Below are positions 38,017 to 51,154 of a DNA stretch of 64,000 nucleotides, in pieces. The stretch covers positions 9,176,001-9,240,000 of the forward strand of contig NC_058368.1 of NCBI RefSeq assembly GCF_018350175.1, in the 5' to 3' direction. Under the pieces are notes generated by a model, which was given only the letters and a program-made list of their open reading frames with translations, was not told where the DNA came from and made no database searches. The stretch comes from Felis catus (Eukaryota). Both the position numbers and the translations under genes were made by a program. The stretch's first letter is position 1. The number at the start of each line of letters is the position of its first letter.

Positions 38017-39031
38017 TGAAAAGACAGTGATATTATTACAGAGACAAACTTATATGTCAAAATATGAATGTTCTCGAGACACTAACAGCAGTGGCTGTAA
38101 GGAATGCCAACTTACTGAGCAATTCTGCTTGTGGCCAGAAAATCCGGGAGCCTGGTGCAATAGCACAGACCTCTGTGTCCTTGCTTTAACCTCCCGAAGA
38201 CCTTGAAGTCCTTCCTTCTGCCTCTGGCCCACAGTCTATCAGCCTGCCTGTACTTTTCTCCTGGAAGGTCACGGCCATGCTAGCAACACACATGCCCATG
38301 TTTGTGAGCCTGGTGGTGAGAACAACTTTCCTCCAGATGGTGGTTGACAGGAGTGCAATCTGTCCATGGGTGGGCGGTTCTAGGTAATAAAACAGAGCCT
38401 AGTTCGGTTCAGGTGACTCAGAAACCGGGATGTGGAGAGCGCTGTCCAGCCTCACAAGTCAGGTCTGTTTTCATCCACCGACATCCTGATTTCCGCCCAA
38501 CTCCAGCGAAGCCCCGCCTTCTTCGTTCACTCCCACGGAGGCCGAGCTGTTCTCCCTGCATGCCAAAGCAGGGTTTCTGCTGGGCCCTTGAGTCTGGTCC
38601 CAGATTGGGCTGAGTTCCCACTTAAACTCTGACCCCAAAAAAGAAGCCTCTCCTCTGATTCTCGGCTTCCATTGAAATGAACACCAAGACTTTCTTTTGG
38701 AAGCGTCCTCGTTCTCTGCCTTTGAAGCTGTGGCTTGCTAGACCCTAAGCCATCTGGTTTTTCCTAGAGGAATAAAAAGAGGATCTTTTGCTTACCCATT
38801 GAAAGGTAATCCTTAATAATCATGAAGGCCATTTAACAGAAATGCACGGTACCGTGTACTGCATCTAGACAGACCCTGTCCAAGTAAGCCTTCTGATCCA
38901 CACTGTTGGGGAACCTGGGTCATGCCCACGATGGTCCTTTGGAGTCTGTATTTGAATCAGTGCCTAAAGGCCTTCTTTAACTCCAGTCTTTGCAAAAATG
39001 ACAAGATTTAATTAAGAACGACCGGGTCCAA

Positions 39032-39187
39032 GGGCACCTGGGTGGCTCAGTCAGGTAATCATCAGCCTTCGGCTCAGGTGATGATCTCACGGTTCATAGG
39101 TTCCAGCCCCACATCGGGCTCTGCGCTGACATCTCAGAGCCTGGAGCCTGCTTCGATTCCCTCTCTCTCTGCCTCTCCCCAGCTTGT

Positions 39188-39234
<47 letters not shown>

Positions 39235-39500
39235 AATAAATATAGGGGCGCCTGGGTGGCTCAGTCGGTTAAGCGTCCGACTTCGGCTCAGGTCATGAGC
39301 TCGCGGTCCATGGGTTCAAGCCCCGTGTCGGGCTCTGTGCTGACAGCTCAGAGCCTGGAGCCTGTTTCGGATTCTGTGTCTCCCTCTCTCTCTGACCCTC
39401 CCCCGTTCATGCTCTGTCTCTCTCTGTCTCAAAAATAAAATAAAACGTTAAAAAAAAATTTTAAAAATAAATAAATACATAAACATTAAAAAAAAAAAAA
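39032..39500 (+). mobile_element. Two tandem Can-SINEs (39032-39240, 39245-39500)
   Basis: Second copy sits in the A tail of the first. Confidence 0.9.
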
Positions 39501-39864
39501 AGAATGGCTGAGTGCAGAAAAGGCAGACATGACTTTGTCCTGTACAGTTTTGTTACACATCACAAATACCAAAGGCATACATCCTCATTAAAAAAAAAAA
39601 AATCTGAAAAGCCATAAAGCCAGAAAAACAAAGTCCACCACAACCCAAATCCTCACCCTTACTTCTTCCTCCCCCATTAGTTTTGTTTTCTACATTTCTT
39701 TTCAACGTTTGGACTTCTACTCTATGTGAAATTTGGACTCTTGCCTGTTTTTATTTACTTCCTTAAACACTTTGTCAGTATTACACCTCGCCACCAATAT
39801 TACAGTGAAAGACTGCATATTGTTCCATTCGAAGGCCATGTCACCACATACGTATGTTTTTATT

Positions 39865-40086
39865 TATTCATTTTTTATTTTTTTTTTAAGTTCATTTATT
39901 TATTTTGAGCCCACGGGCGAGAGAGAGCAAGGAGGGGAGGGGCAGAAAGGAAGGTGGACGGAGGATCCGAAGCGGCCTCTGTGCTGACAGCAGATTGCCC
40001 AATGCGGGGCTCAAACTCATAAACTGTGAGATCATGACCTGAGCCAAAGCCAGAGGCTTAACCAACTGAGCCATCCAGGTACGCCT
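39865..40086 (-). mobile_element. Can-SINE
   Basis: Reverse head/body/tail. Confidence 0.85.
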
Positions 40087-40336
40087 GTGTGTTTTTTTAT
40101 ATTTGTATTTCCTTTTAACATTTGTCCCCGAGCTGAAACAGTTACCTGAATGTGAACTTTCGTATCCTCTCTCTTGCCAAACCCAGCATGTTGGGACATC
40201 ATGGAACCTAAGGAACAATGGCCTAAGTTCCAGGTATCATCAGGAGGGAGACTAGAAGGTCTATAGATTACATAATTAACTCTTACCTGGTCAAATTTGA
40301 ATGTGTTTCAAATGTTCATTTATTTTCTTAGTTTTC

Positions 40337-40585
40337 TTTTTTTTTTTTTTAATATATGAAATTTATTGTCAAATTGGTTTCCATACAACACCCAGTGCTC
40401 ATCCCAACAGGTGCCCTCCTCAATACCCATCACCCACCCTCCCCACCCTCCCACCCCCCATCAACCCTCAGTTTGTTCTCAGTTTTTAACAGTCTCTTAT
40501 GCTTTGGCTCTCTCCCACTCTAATCTCTTTTTTTTTTTTTTTCCTTCCCCTCCCCCATGGGTTTCTGTTAAGTTTCTCAGGATCC
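40337..40585 (-). mobile_element. Young 5'-truncated felid L1 3' end
   Basis: Poly-T then atatgaaatttattgtcaaattggtttccatacaacacccagtgctcatccc; perfect 15-bp TSD attttcttagttttc (40322-40336, 40586-40600). Confidence 0.9.
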
Positions 40586-41947
40586 ATTTTCTTAGTTTTC
40601 GATACTTAAAGCTCAATCTAGCATCCTGTAGATGCCAGGCCTTCGGGGCTCTTGGCAAGTGGCAGATTTTTATTTAGACTATGTACACGGTAGAACAAAT
40701 ATATTCATGGCATTGGTAATTGACATCACTACCTCCCCAAACCCTTCATGCCTCCTGTGTATCTTTTCAACTGACGTGTATTAAACTTCATTTAGTGTTT
40801 TCTTTTCTTTTGTTTCGGGACTTCACAATAACCTTGAAGTGGCTGGAGTTGCCCTGGAATATTACATAACCAGGCGCTCGGAGCTCTGGAAAGTTATGTC
40901 AATAACATGTCTGACATGCCAGGACCAACATTCCTCTTGTGTTTTCAGGAGCCAACAGGAGAAAAAACTGCCCCTGTTTGCCCGGCCGATTTTAAAGTCT
41001 CATTTCATGCAATGAAATTCATTTCAATTTCATTATAAGGCAGTTTTTAGTTATTACATTCTAGCAATGGAGGAGTTTGTAATATATGCATAGAAATAAT
41101 GAAATGCTCATAATGGTGTTCTTGTTCACGATTTCTGAAAACAGCATTCTTTTAAACTATAAGAGCTCAGAACCCTCCTGTTATCTTTGATTGATCCCCT
41201 GAAATGCCCTCTCGCTCAATTTCAAGCAGTAAAGCACACTGAGGATTTAGAGAACCCAAAAGGGAAGTTCGAAGGGGTTGATTGAGCTGAGCAGCCAGAA
41301 TTAGAGGTTTCCTTTTGAAAATGCATCACCTTGAAGAACATTCAGCTTAAAGTCTTGAGAAAAATGTAGACAGCCACAGAGAGGGATAGCATTTAGGCGG
41401 AATAGATTTTTTTTTTTTTTTCTAATTCTCACACTGCTTGGCATAGAGTCCGAGAAAGGGATCCTTAAAGCATGTAGGGTCTAGGCCACCAACACATCAG
41501 TATTTATCCCAGAGGAGGTGACTTTAAATGTATCCTGTCTCGGTTGCAGGAAGAAAGTTCTTTTTCTGCAAAACCTGCCTCTACTCCTACCATCAGATTT
41601 CCTCTGATTCGTGGAAACTGTATCAGCATTTCGTGAAGGTGAAAGAGCTCTGAAAACAAAGGGCTACGTTTGCTTTGAAGGTCTGGCGGGGACAAAGCAA
41701 GATTCTTTTTCTCCCTGGAGGACTGCAGGGCGGTAACTGAAGACAGAAGCATGTGAGTGGGGGGCACAAAGGAGAAATGAAAAGGACGTGGCCCGGCCTT
41801 TTTCCATAGGCGGAAGGTCTTACTTTTTTTGTTTTCTGGTCTCCAGCTTAGAAAAACATACTTCTGCAACTAATTCTGTCCCTTCCCATCTCTCTGGTTT
41901 TGTTTTACAACAGCAACTTAGATATTTCCTTGCTGTACTTACACATC

Positions 41948-42623
41948 TTTTTTTAAAATGAATTTTTAATTTACATCCAGGTGAGTTAGCGTCTAGTGCA
42001 ATAATGATTTCAGGAGTAGATTCTGGTGATTCATTCCCTACGTGTTACACCCAGCGCTCATCCCCACAAGTGTCCTCCCTAATGCCCTTTACCCGTTTAG
42101 CCCGTCTCCCCACCCGCGACCCCTCCAGCAACCCTCAGTTTGTTCTCTGTATTTAAGAGTCTCTTCTGTTTTGTCCCCCTCCCTGTTTTTAAATTATTTT
42201 TGCTTCCCTTCCCTTATGTTCATCTGTTTTGTCTCTTAAAGTCCTCATATGAGTGAAGTCATATGATTTTTGTCTTTCTCTGACTAATTTCACTTAGCAT
42301 AATACCCTCCAGTTCCATCCACATAGTTGCAAATGGCAAGATTTCATTCTTTTTGATTGCAGAGTAATACTCCATTGTATATATATACCACATCTTCTTT
42401 ATCCATTCATTCATCGATGGACATTGGGGCTCTTTTCATACTTTGGCTATTGTTGATAGTGCTGCTATAAACACTGGGGTGCATGCGTCCCTTCGAAACA
42501 GCACACCTGTATCCCTTGGATAGATACCTAGTAGTGCAATTTTTGGGTCGTAGGGTAGTTCTATTTTTAGTTTTTTGAGGCACCTCATTACTATTTCCCA
42601 GAGTGGCTGCACCAGCTTGCATT
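41948..42623 (-). mobile_element. Carnivore L1 3' end with ORF2 C-terminus
   Basis: CKLVQPLW...LKKLKIELPYDPKIALLGIYP...FIAALSTIAK is L1 ORF2. Confidence 0.92.
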
Positions 42624-42693
42624 TTTCATTCATTTGTTTGCTTTTGTAGGAGACAATTTCCCAAACAGTCTGGTAAATTTAAAAACAGAATCA

Positions 42694-42924
42694 GGGGCGC
42701 CTGGGTGGCGCAGTCGGTTGAGCGTCTGACTTCAGCCAGGTCACGATCTCGCGGTCCGTGAGTTCGAGCCCCGCGTCAGGCTCTGGGCTGATGGCTCGGA
42801 GCCTGGAGCCTGTTTCCGATTCTGTGTCTCCCTCTCTGTCTGCCCCTCCCCCGTTCATGCTCTGTCTCTCTCTGTCCCAAAAATAAATAAAAACGTTGAA
42901 AAAAAATTTAAAAAAAAATAAAAA
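42694..42924 (+). mobile_element. Young Can-SINE
   Basis: Near consensus. Confidence 0.93.
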
Positions 42925-43744
42925 GAGAAAGGTGTTTAAACTTTGACCTTACTGTTCTGGGGAACGGTCCCCTCCCCTCCCCCCACCAGCCCACCTCTGT
43001 ACCTTACGTTCCCTTCCGTGTACCCCAAATTACTACCCTTTGCACGTGAATAATCAATCCTGCCCAGACCAGAGCATGCTTGGAGCAATCTGGCCTTGAT
43101 TCTTTTATTCCTTAAATTATAATTAAGCCAAAAGACCAACTTGCAGAGTAGCAAATAAAGAAGGATCTACCTGTTTTAAGTCAAACTGAGGGATTAAATT
43201 CCAGATTTGCAAAACCCATGCATTAGGAAGTGATTACTGGCTTTGTAAAAGAATCCTTCCCTTTGCAAAGGGACAACTAGAGGATTTGTTTGAAAGCTCT
43301 ATTGCATTTAAAGTAGTTTGGTTACCTACGTTTAATTTATACCCCCGAGTCCTTCTGTTGGGGGAAGCCAGCAATGCCAAAGATGTAACCGCTCACGAAA
43401 GAAAGTCTGGAAGGTAACAGCTGTTGAAACCACTACACAGATCTACCGGGTAAGCAGCCGTTTCTTTAAATACGAATGGCCCACGGACATCCACTAAAAC
43501 GCACTAAAATACGCACTAAAACGTCCCCACTTTGGAGAAGCAGAATGGTTTCGTCAGTCAGTGAAGACCTGTTTGATGCCATGATACAATTACAAATTGC
43601 AACTTTGAGTTCTTGGCTGAGAGAGAGTGCTTACAAAAGCACGCAAAGAAACTTCTAACACAGAATCTCCAGCTAAGAGTTTTAGGGAGGGTCTGGTCTA
43701 CTCTAAACACTATGCACATTTTCAAACATTTTCCACCATGTACT

Positions 43745-43952
43745 TTAATTTTTATTTTTAATGTTTATTCATTTTTGAGAGACAGAGTGTGAGCAGAGAG
43801 GTTGATAAGAGAGGAGGACACAGGATCCAAAGCAGGCTCCAGGGTCTAAGCTGTCAGCACAGAGCCCGCTGCGGGGCTTGAACTCACAAGCCGTGAGATC
43901 ATGACCTGAGCCAAAGTCAGGCGCTCAACCGGCTGAGCCACCCAGGCGCCCC
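43745..43952 (-). mobile_element. Can-SINE
   Basis: Reverse; head-to-head with the next copy. Confidence 0.9.
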
Positions 43953-43984
43953 TCCACTGTGCCCTTTAAATTCATCTAAGTGGA

Positions 43985-44200
43985 GGGGCGCTTGGGTGGC
44001 GCAGTCGGTTAAGCGTCCGACTTCAGCCAGGTCACGATCTCGCGGTCCGTGAGTTCGAGCCCCGCGTCGGGCTCTGGGCTGACAGCTCAGAGCCTGGAGC
44101 CTGCTTCCGATTCTGTGTCTCCCTCTCTCTCTGACCCTCCCCTGTTCATGCTCTGTCTCTCTCTGTCCCAAAAATAAATAAACGTTGGAAAAAAAAATTT
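43985..44200 (+). mobile_element. Young Can-SINE
   Basis: TSD aattcatctaaRtgga. Confidence 0.93.
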
Positions 44201-44685
44201 TAATTCATCTAAATGGAAAAACACAAGGTGAGCTAATGACAAATTTGGAACGCTCAATAAATCTGTGTTATTGCAGATTATAGTTTTTACAGTTTTGTTA
44301 AAAATAATAAATTTAACGTTTATGGAGCACCACCCAGCACGGCCAGTGTGCTAGGCATTTTTTCTCTGTCTCATTTCACACGGAGTCATAAATTGATGAA
44401 CACAACAATTTAAACCGTGTCTAAATGAAACCTTTAGTTAAATGTAGAATTAGAAGCAACATCTCACTCACTTTAGACTGGATTTTTCTTCCTAATGGCA
44501 AGACTTTTACATTTGCAAAAGGACACCTTATGTGGACCTCATGGGTAATTAAATGTTGACTTTAGTGCCTCCAAATTATTGCTTCTATTACAAAAAGATT
44601 AGAATGAAACATTGCGTATGCGTAATCTGGCTTAGAAGCAAGATTAAGCCCTCACTTCGTTTTTGCTTATTTTTCCGTAACAGCC

Positions 44686-44721
44686 TTTTAGTGGCTGTTT
44701 TAGTGGCTGTTTTAGTGGCTG
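44686..44721. repeat. 12-bp tandem repeat TTTTAGTGGCTG x3
   Basis: Three perfect copies. Confidence 0.9.
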
Positions 44722-46899
44722 TTTCGCTTTCCTTCCTTTCCTTGCATCCCAAAGGATTTTGCTGAAGAGGAAAACCAAGCTCTCCTGCCGATGGGTACAG
44801 AAGAGAGCTAAGGGTCACTCCCATGCAGTAACCCAAGTGGCTTTGCCACTAGTAGACAAGAAAAAGGGGCATGCATAAGAATCCTTTTCCTTTTAACCAG
44901 GGCTGAGTGCCTCAAAACTGAAAATTCTCTTTAGACTTACTAAAAAAAAAAAAAAGAAAAGAAAAGAAAAAAAGAAAGAAAGAAAAAAAAAACCCTGGAA
45001 ATTCACAAAGACCTTCACAGGATCAAGTTCTGACCAAAACAATTGCCTTCAGCAGTGCCGAAAACTCTCTCTGAACTTAGCGTGGCTCGCATTGCCCTCA
45101 CTGGACCTTTCCAGGTCTTACACCTCTCCACCCGCCTCATTCCGGACTCACCTGAGCTCTATTTTTAGGCCTGCACCTTGTTTCAAGGACTGATTTATAA
45201 TATGACATCATTGTTCATTGTCTTCAGCTGACATTGTTTTCTGACTGTTTCATCCATTCTGTCTTGTCTCCCACAAGACAACCAGCTAATGGGGGCGGTG
45301 GTGTCCCAGATGACCTGTATGCCCCCACAATGCCTAGCAGGGTGTGGGTGGGTCGGAAGGGGTGCCCCCAGTGGGCCCCTTTGTGTCGGGGTCTTAGGAG
45401 TTAAGGGCCTAAAAAACAAATAACAACAATTAGAGAGTCAGAGACATTTCTTAAAGTGCAGATAAGAGGAGGAGACAGTCACTTAAGAATTTTTTTCTAT
45501 TGTGGGTAATGAGATATTTTGATAGTTGTTTTTTTTTTTAGACTCATTTCCTGCCAGGGGTCCACGGTTGTAAACAGTAGTGGGCTGAAAGGCAGGACGG
45601 GGGGAGAGGACTGCAAGATAAGGGGCGCTGAAAGGAAAGATAAGAGGTTACCAGGAGGTTACTTGCTTCCATACTTTCCGAGGCTGGCCTCGCATTTCAG
45701 TGCTATCTTCAAGGAAGCTGGTTTACAATTACACGTTGGTCATTAGCTGTTGCTGTGGGGTCTAAGGCACAGGCTCCGATTACTGTATTTCTACTGGAAG
45801 TGATGCCAACGGAGGCTAAGAGTGGATATTTACTCAGGCAGCGTTTGATGACTCAGGTGGTCCTCTGCATTTCCTCATTATATATTTCCCTGTCAGCTAG
45901 CTCTGAGTTCTAAGAAGCTGAGGAAAAGCCCGTTAGTACAAATACGGAAACAACTACAAATCATCACTGTGTCGCACATAATTAGATTTGCCTTGGATGG
46001 CTTGACGAAGTAAAAAACGACATCGTATTGTCCGGCGGTAGCCCTCTCTTTCCCAAACGGGAGGGTGTTGGGGAGTCGCACTTTTCTTGGAAGGACTGGA
46101 TTTGTCTCGGAGTGATGTTTTCATCTGGCACATGTTTGCACTTAGATCGTATGCCTATTTGGGTGGTTGAGGGCTAGGGGATGGAGATTAGGGGTGGGGG
46201 CGGGGAGGAGCCCGGGACTTTGCACCGCACGTTATTCTGTTGGACGCGGGGGTCTTTTTCAAACAGTTTCTGATTTCCGAGGTAGGAAAAATCAAAAGAA
46301 TGTCATTACCGAAAACTTGGAAAGTTTTCCAACTGTTAACTTCCACAATTCACCTCACCTAGGCTGCATGTATCTTATTTTGAACGCCACTGGTGTGGTT
46401 TTATACGGCCAAGTAGTACGAGAAGAAAGTTGAGATGAATATCTGGGAATCCTAATTGAATCTGACATGCTATGTAAACGTGTAGCTGTCTGACAGTTTG
46501 CACAGGGGTATTTCTTATATCACATGTCAAAAAGTCTGCCTGCCTGAAAATACCTAACATAATTACCTGCTAGGGTATCCACGTTAGTCATTCCTCGGGT
46601 CTAGTCACCCAAACCCCTGTCGGAACACTATCCTAGAATAAAAACACTCACTACTGCACGTGAATAACTTAGTATAAGTTTAATTGTCACATTACTTAGT
46701 CACCCGCCAGTTCCCAAAAGAACGGGATGTAGGATTGGTAAATCTGGATAGAAAAAGAATGATTGGAAGAATTTACAGAGTATGAGCTCTTCGTTGGAGG
46801 GCATTAGTGCAGAGGCACACAGAGGGCCTCAGGGAACAGTGGGCTCTGGGAGAAAAATCATAAAGGAGGGCCCAGAAAGGGAAAAACCAGCTCACCTTG

Positions 46900-47335
46900 T
46901 CCCTGTTTTGAGTATGGCTAGCTTTTATTTGTAGGATATAAGTAGGATTAAATTTGGCTGCAAGTAACATGAAACAGGGATGTAAGCAAAATAGAATGCT
47001 TTTCTCGTATGTTCTGCTACTCCGAGACAGTTACTTCTGAGACAGATTTTACTTCATAGTGTCGAGAGAACCCAGAGTCCTTTTTTTGTTTGTTTGGTTG
47101 TCTCTGCATGCACAGTTTCCATTCTCCAGGTCATCTCACGGCTCAAGATTGTTGCTGGAGCTCCAGCCATTGCATTTACAATCTCACCAACAGATAGGAA
47201 GAAGGGAAAAAGGGGAGCATGACTCCTTTCTTCCATGTTCACTTTTATGTTTTGGGGTGCTCTTACATTTAATCGCAGAAGAAGCTAAAGGGTATGGTCT
47301 TTATTTTGCATTGTGAAAATTATGGATTCTATTAC
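46900..47335 (-). mobile_element. Old MLT1-type LTR
   Basis: ctcaagattgttgctggagctccagccattgcattt is characteristic of antisense MLT1J/K. Confidence 0.5.
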
Positions 47336-47614
47336 TGCAGAAATGGGAGGCAGGGAGGGACAGGATACAGGGAGACAAGAGCCTGCCACAGGATTACAGC
47401 TCCCGTGTATGCTCGTCCCATGGCTGGGTTTCAGTCATGCCGTAGCTTTCTACTGATGTCGTAGCTAGTACTGGCCAGGAGTCTATGATTTGTGGCAGTG
47501 AGGTGGGACCAGCAGACCTGGCAAGGTGCTGGGGCAGCCACAGCCCTCATGGACATGACCACCAGCCACTGGCCTATAGGTGTGGCAGTCAGGGTCAGGA
47601 TACCAGGGAGCCTG

Positions 47615-47670
47615 AAAACAAAACAAAACAAAACAAAACAAAACAAAACAAAACAAAACAAAACAAAACA
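47615..47670. repeat. (AAAAC)n microsatellite
   Basis: Direct. Confidence 0.95.
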
Positions 47671-48667
47671 CCACAGCTGCCTCTTGAAATTCATCCAGGC
47701 TTTTCCACAAGCCAATGGAGAAAGTCTCAGAAACACTTGGCGGTGGAGAGGGGGACTTTGTTCTGGACAGGGATCTGACAGTAACCACTGGAGCAAAAGC
47801 AAATGAAGCATGGGCTACACACAGTTAAAACCTCCAATAAATCACAGTTCTTTCAGTGTACTTAGGGGATGGTTTGAACAGAACTTAGAGAAGCACCCTT
47901 CTTCACCTAAGAAAATGTGTTTCTTCTCTGCTTCAGAAACTTGCCGGTAGTTTAATTATCCCCAATTGAATAGCAGCCTCAGGTAAGGTCTGATCTGGCC
48001 CCCTCCTTTTTTTTTTTAAACTCTGTCAGATATTAACATCAAAGCCACCATGGGCTTTGTCACTGTATTCTACAGGCTCCTGTTTTCCACTGTGCTCTGT
48101 TTCTTTTATGCATGAAAACTGAAGACGTGGAGTTATTTCAAAGTTATGGTCTCAAAAATTAGGGTTCTCATGGTAACACTAATTTACTTCCCCATTTTCC
48201 ATGTCCTATTCTAAGATATTGCAATTAGCAGGATAATTGGAAATTTAAAACACCATGGTCAATATGACCAATTTAATGTTTTGTTTTTTTTTATATAAAA
48301 AACTTAGATGTTCTAATTTTATAGCTCTTAGTGTTTGATGGCTTTGTTATTGCCTCTGCAAGGGTTTTGTCTTAATATATATGAAAGTTTTTAATAGTTG
48401 TGTCCGCTGACATCTCAACATCTCTTTTACTCCTATTTTACAGCAGCAAGTAAGCGTGCAAAAGATGAGATTAGAATTTTGCAATATACACAATTCAACC
48501 AACGCGGGTGATGTGAGTATCATTCAAGGTTAACGACTTTTGTTTCCATCACCAGAGGGCATGGGTTATTGCCTTTGCATCTGAAGGCTGTGTGCTTAGA
48601 GTGAGCACAGTGTGTGACAGATGGCAGAGACTGTTAGGTGCCTACCCTATCACCCATTCTATTTATT

Positions 48668-48750
48668 ATTATTTTTTTAAGTAAACTCTACACCCAATGC
48701 GGGGCTTGAATTTATGACCCTGAGAATGACTGAGCTAGACAGGAGCCCCG
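48668..48750 (-). mobile_element. Short old Can-SINE
   Basis: ctctacacccaatgcggggcttgaatttatgaccctgaga. Confidence 0.65.
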
Positions 48751-49485
48751 CCCCCCCCTCCCCCGTCATCCACTGTAGATATTCTCTTTTGGATCCGAAG
48801 CCCCGTGGTAAAAAGATGAAACTTCTCATTCTCTTCCATAGCAAGGTGCAGCCATGGGATTAAATTCTGCCCAATGAGATTAAGAGGAAGCCTCTCCCTG
48901 AAAAGGGTGGAGGGATGATCTTCTGTTTCTCTTCTCTCTGTCACATGGAATGTAGATCTTAGATCATGAAAGGGTGGAATAAACTGGTTGCAACAAGGGG
49001 ACAAGAGCCTGCATTCCAGAAGAGCCACCGTGTTAGTCTTGAAGTCTAACTCTGTTTGTTTGCTTGGGTTGGTTTTTGTTTGTTTGTTTAAAGTTGGGCA
49101 CCCAAGCTGAATTGGAGCTGATAGACTGGGATTCAGGAAACTGGGGCTGGAGGATACAAAACCCAGATAGTCAAGCCAGGAATCTTCCACTCTAGAAGTT
49201 GCAGATCCAAACTGGGATTGTATAGATCGGTCAAGTTTGTACGACAGCTGGTACTCTCCAACTTTGTATCCTTGCAGAGACAGGACGGTGCTCGAGTAGG
49301 TACAGAAAATAGCAGTTGAATGAATAAATAAACCAATGAGTGAATCAAATGAAGTTTTGTTTGGGGTAGGGATGTGGAAGGGATCATTTTTGCTCATGAG
49401 ACCAAAAATGCATGAGAAAACTTACTTTGGGTACTTAAGAAATTAGCTTAAATGCTTCAGAATGATTCTAATGCTAAAGTAATCT

Positions 49486-49698
49486 TTTTTTTTTTTTTTA
49501 ATGCTTATTTATTTTTGAGAGAAGGAGAGAGTAGGAACTGGGAGGGGAAGAGAGAGGGAGAGACAGAGGATCTGAAATGGGCTCTGCACGGACAGCAAAT
49601 AGAGAATCTGATGCGGGGCTTGAACTCACGAACCCTGAGATCACGACCTGAGCCAATCTCAGATACTTAACCGTCTGGGTTACCACCCAGTCACCCCA
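49486..49698 (-). mobile_element. Can-SINE
   Basis: TSD aatgctaaagtaatctt. Confidence 0.9.
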
Positions 49699-50168
49699 AT
49701 GCTAAAGTAATCTTGACACTGTTCTTAAAATTGAATATCTATCAGGTATGTGTTGAATACCTATGGGCCCAACACTATGCGGAGTGTGTTAACAAGTAAC
49801 ATCAAAACATAATTTCTGACGTCTGATATATGATATATGATGAGGCCCCCTTGGTCTTTATCTTCACTCTCTCTCTCACCTGTAGGGCTGTTTCTAGGGA
49901 AGTCAAGAGAACATGAATAGCTACCCTTATTGCCCTATCGTTCTGCCTCTTTCTCTCCTGCCCACCAGTGTAGTCCATGCACCCTGTCGTAGTCGAGACT
50001 AAAGAAGATACCCATAAAACCCAGAGGAGTAAAACTCGAACACTGGAATGTCAGGTACCTTGCCAAATGAATAAACAAATAAGCAGCAAACTAATATAGT
50101 CTGGCTCTGCCCATATGTATTGTAATAAATGCGGTATTCTGCTGTTCCTCGAGTCACCTTTTCCACGC

Positions 50169-50864
50169 TGATGAGGTTTTCAGGGTGATGGTGGGGGGTC
50201 CGGAGCCGACGGCCAAGAAAGAATTCTTAAGACGTCTTTGGTGCAAAAAGGTGATTTTAGTAAAGCGCGGGGACAGGACCCGTGGGCAGCTGCCCCAGGA
50301 CCCTGTGGAGAGACTGGTTATACTTTTGGGTGTTGGGGGAGGTCAAGTCCAGCAGAATTTCCAATGAGATTTTCATATGCTAAAGAAGACCCAGGGGATA
50401 CTGGAAGCTGCTTATTGTCAAGCTTAGGTGGTTTTTCCCTCTAGCAAAGCATTAGCATTAAAACAGTAAGGGAGTTCCTGACAGCCTCAGGTTATTTGTC
50501 AATGGGCTGCAGTTTATAAGGAAATTGAATTTTATCTGCCATTTCCTTCTGTCTTTGTTTCCCACATCCCTGTGGAGCGGTGATTTTGGGGCTCCAGGAA
50601 ACCGAGTCTGTGGGTTTCTGGAGATTAGGCTATTGATAAGAATGCCTTTTTCTTGTAACTTACTAAGATATTTACTTGTAATTTATTTCTTGTAATTTAC
50701 TAAGATATCGTCAACTCAGGTCCTGCATGACTGTGATCTCTATCAGTTGGCCTTTTGTTTTTCCCCTTTCCTTTGTTTTTGGGCAGCATGGAGTGCCCGA
50801 AGAATATCACACATATCCCCCCCTGGGGGTGGGGGGTGTTTGCAGCCTTTATGCCCCCTCATCA
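50169..50864 (-). mobile_element. ERV solo LTR (696 bp)
   Basis: TGATGAGG...CCTCATCA 8-bp inverted termini; 5-bp TSD cacgc/catgc. Strand is inferred from a degenerate poly(A) signal near 50255. Confidence 0.82.
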
Positions 50865-51154
50865 CATGCTGCTCCGAGTTCCTCAACCAAAGTCTTCTTC
50901 GCTGATGATCTAGCTACCCTGTATTTGATATTTTTCAGTATGTAGATGGTCAAAATGGTGCTGCAGGCATTCCAGAATCATCTGAAGGAACTCTAAACCG
51001 CTGCTGGAACTATCTCAGGAGGATACTAACAACATTATTCTAGACTCTAGTGGTATCACTTCCATATTACTTGGATTAGGGGGAATTGGGGAAGACCCTA
51101 ACTAATGTCAAATTGGTCAGCTCCTTTCATTTGGGATGAAAGTAGGAATATTTA

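Noticed and set aside
44686..44721. Short direct repeats as CRISPR- or telomere-like arrays
   Set aside because: No spacers, eukaryotic context, unit is not TTAGGG; simple slippage, as also at 43492-43523, 54379-54410 and 62063-62112.
48735..49397. 220-aa minus ORF
   Set aside because: Crosses old LTR-like sequence; no domain or exon structure recognised.
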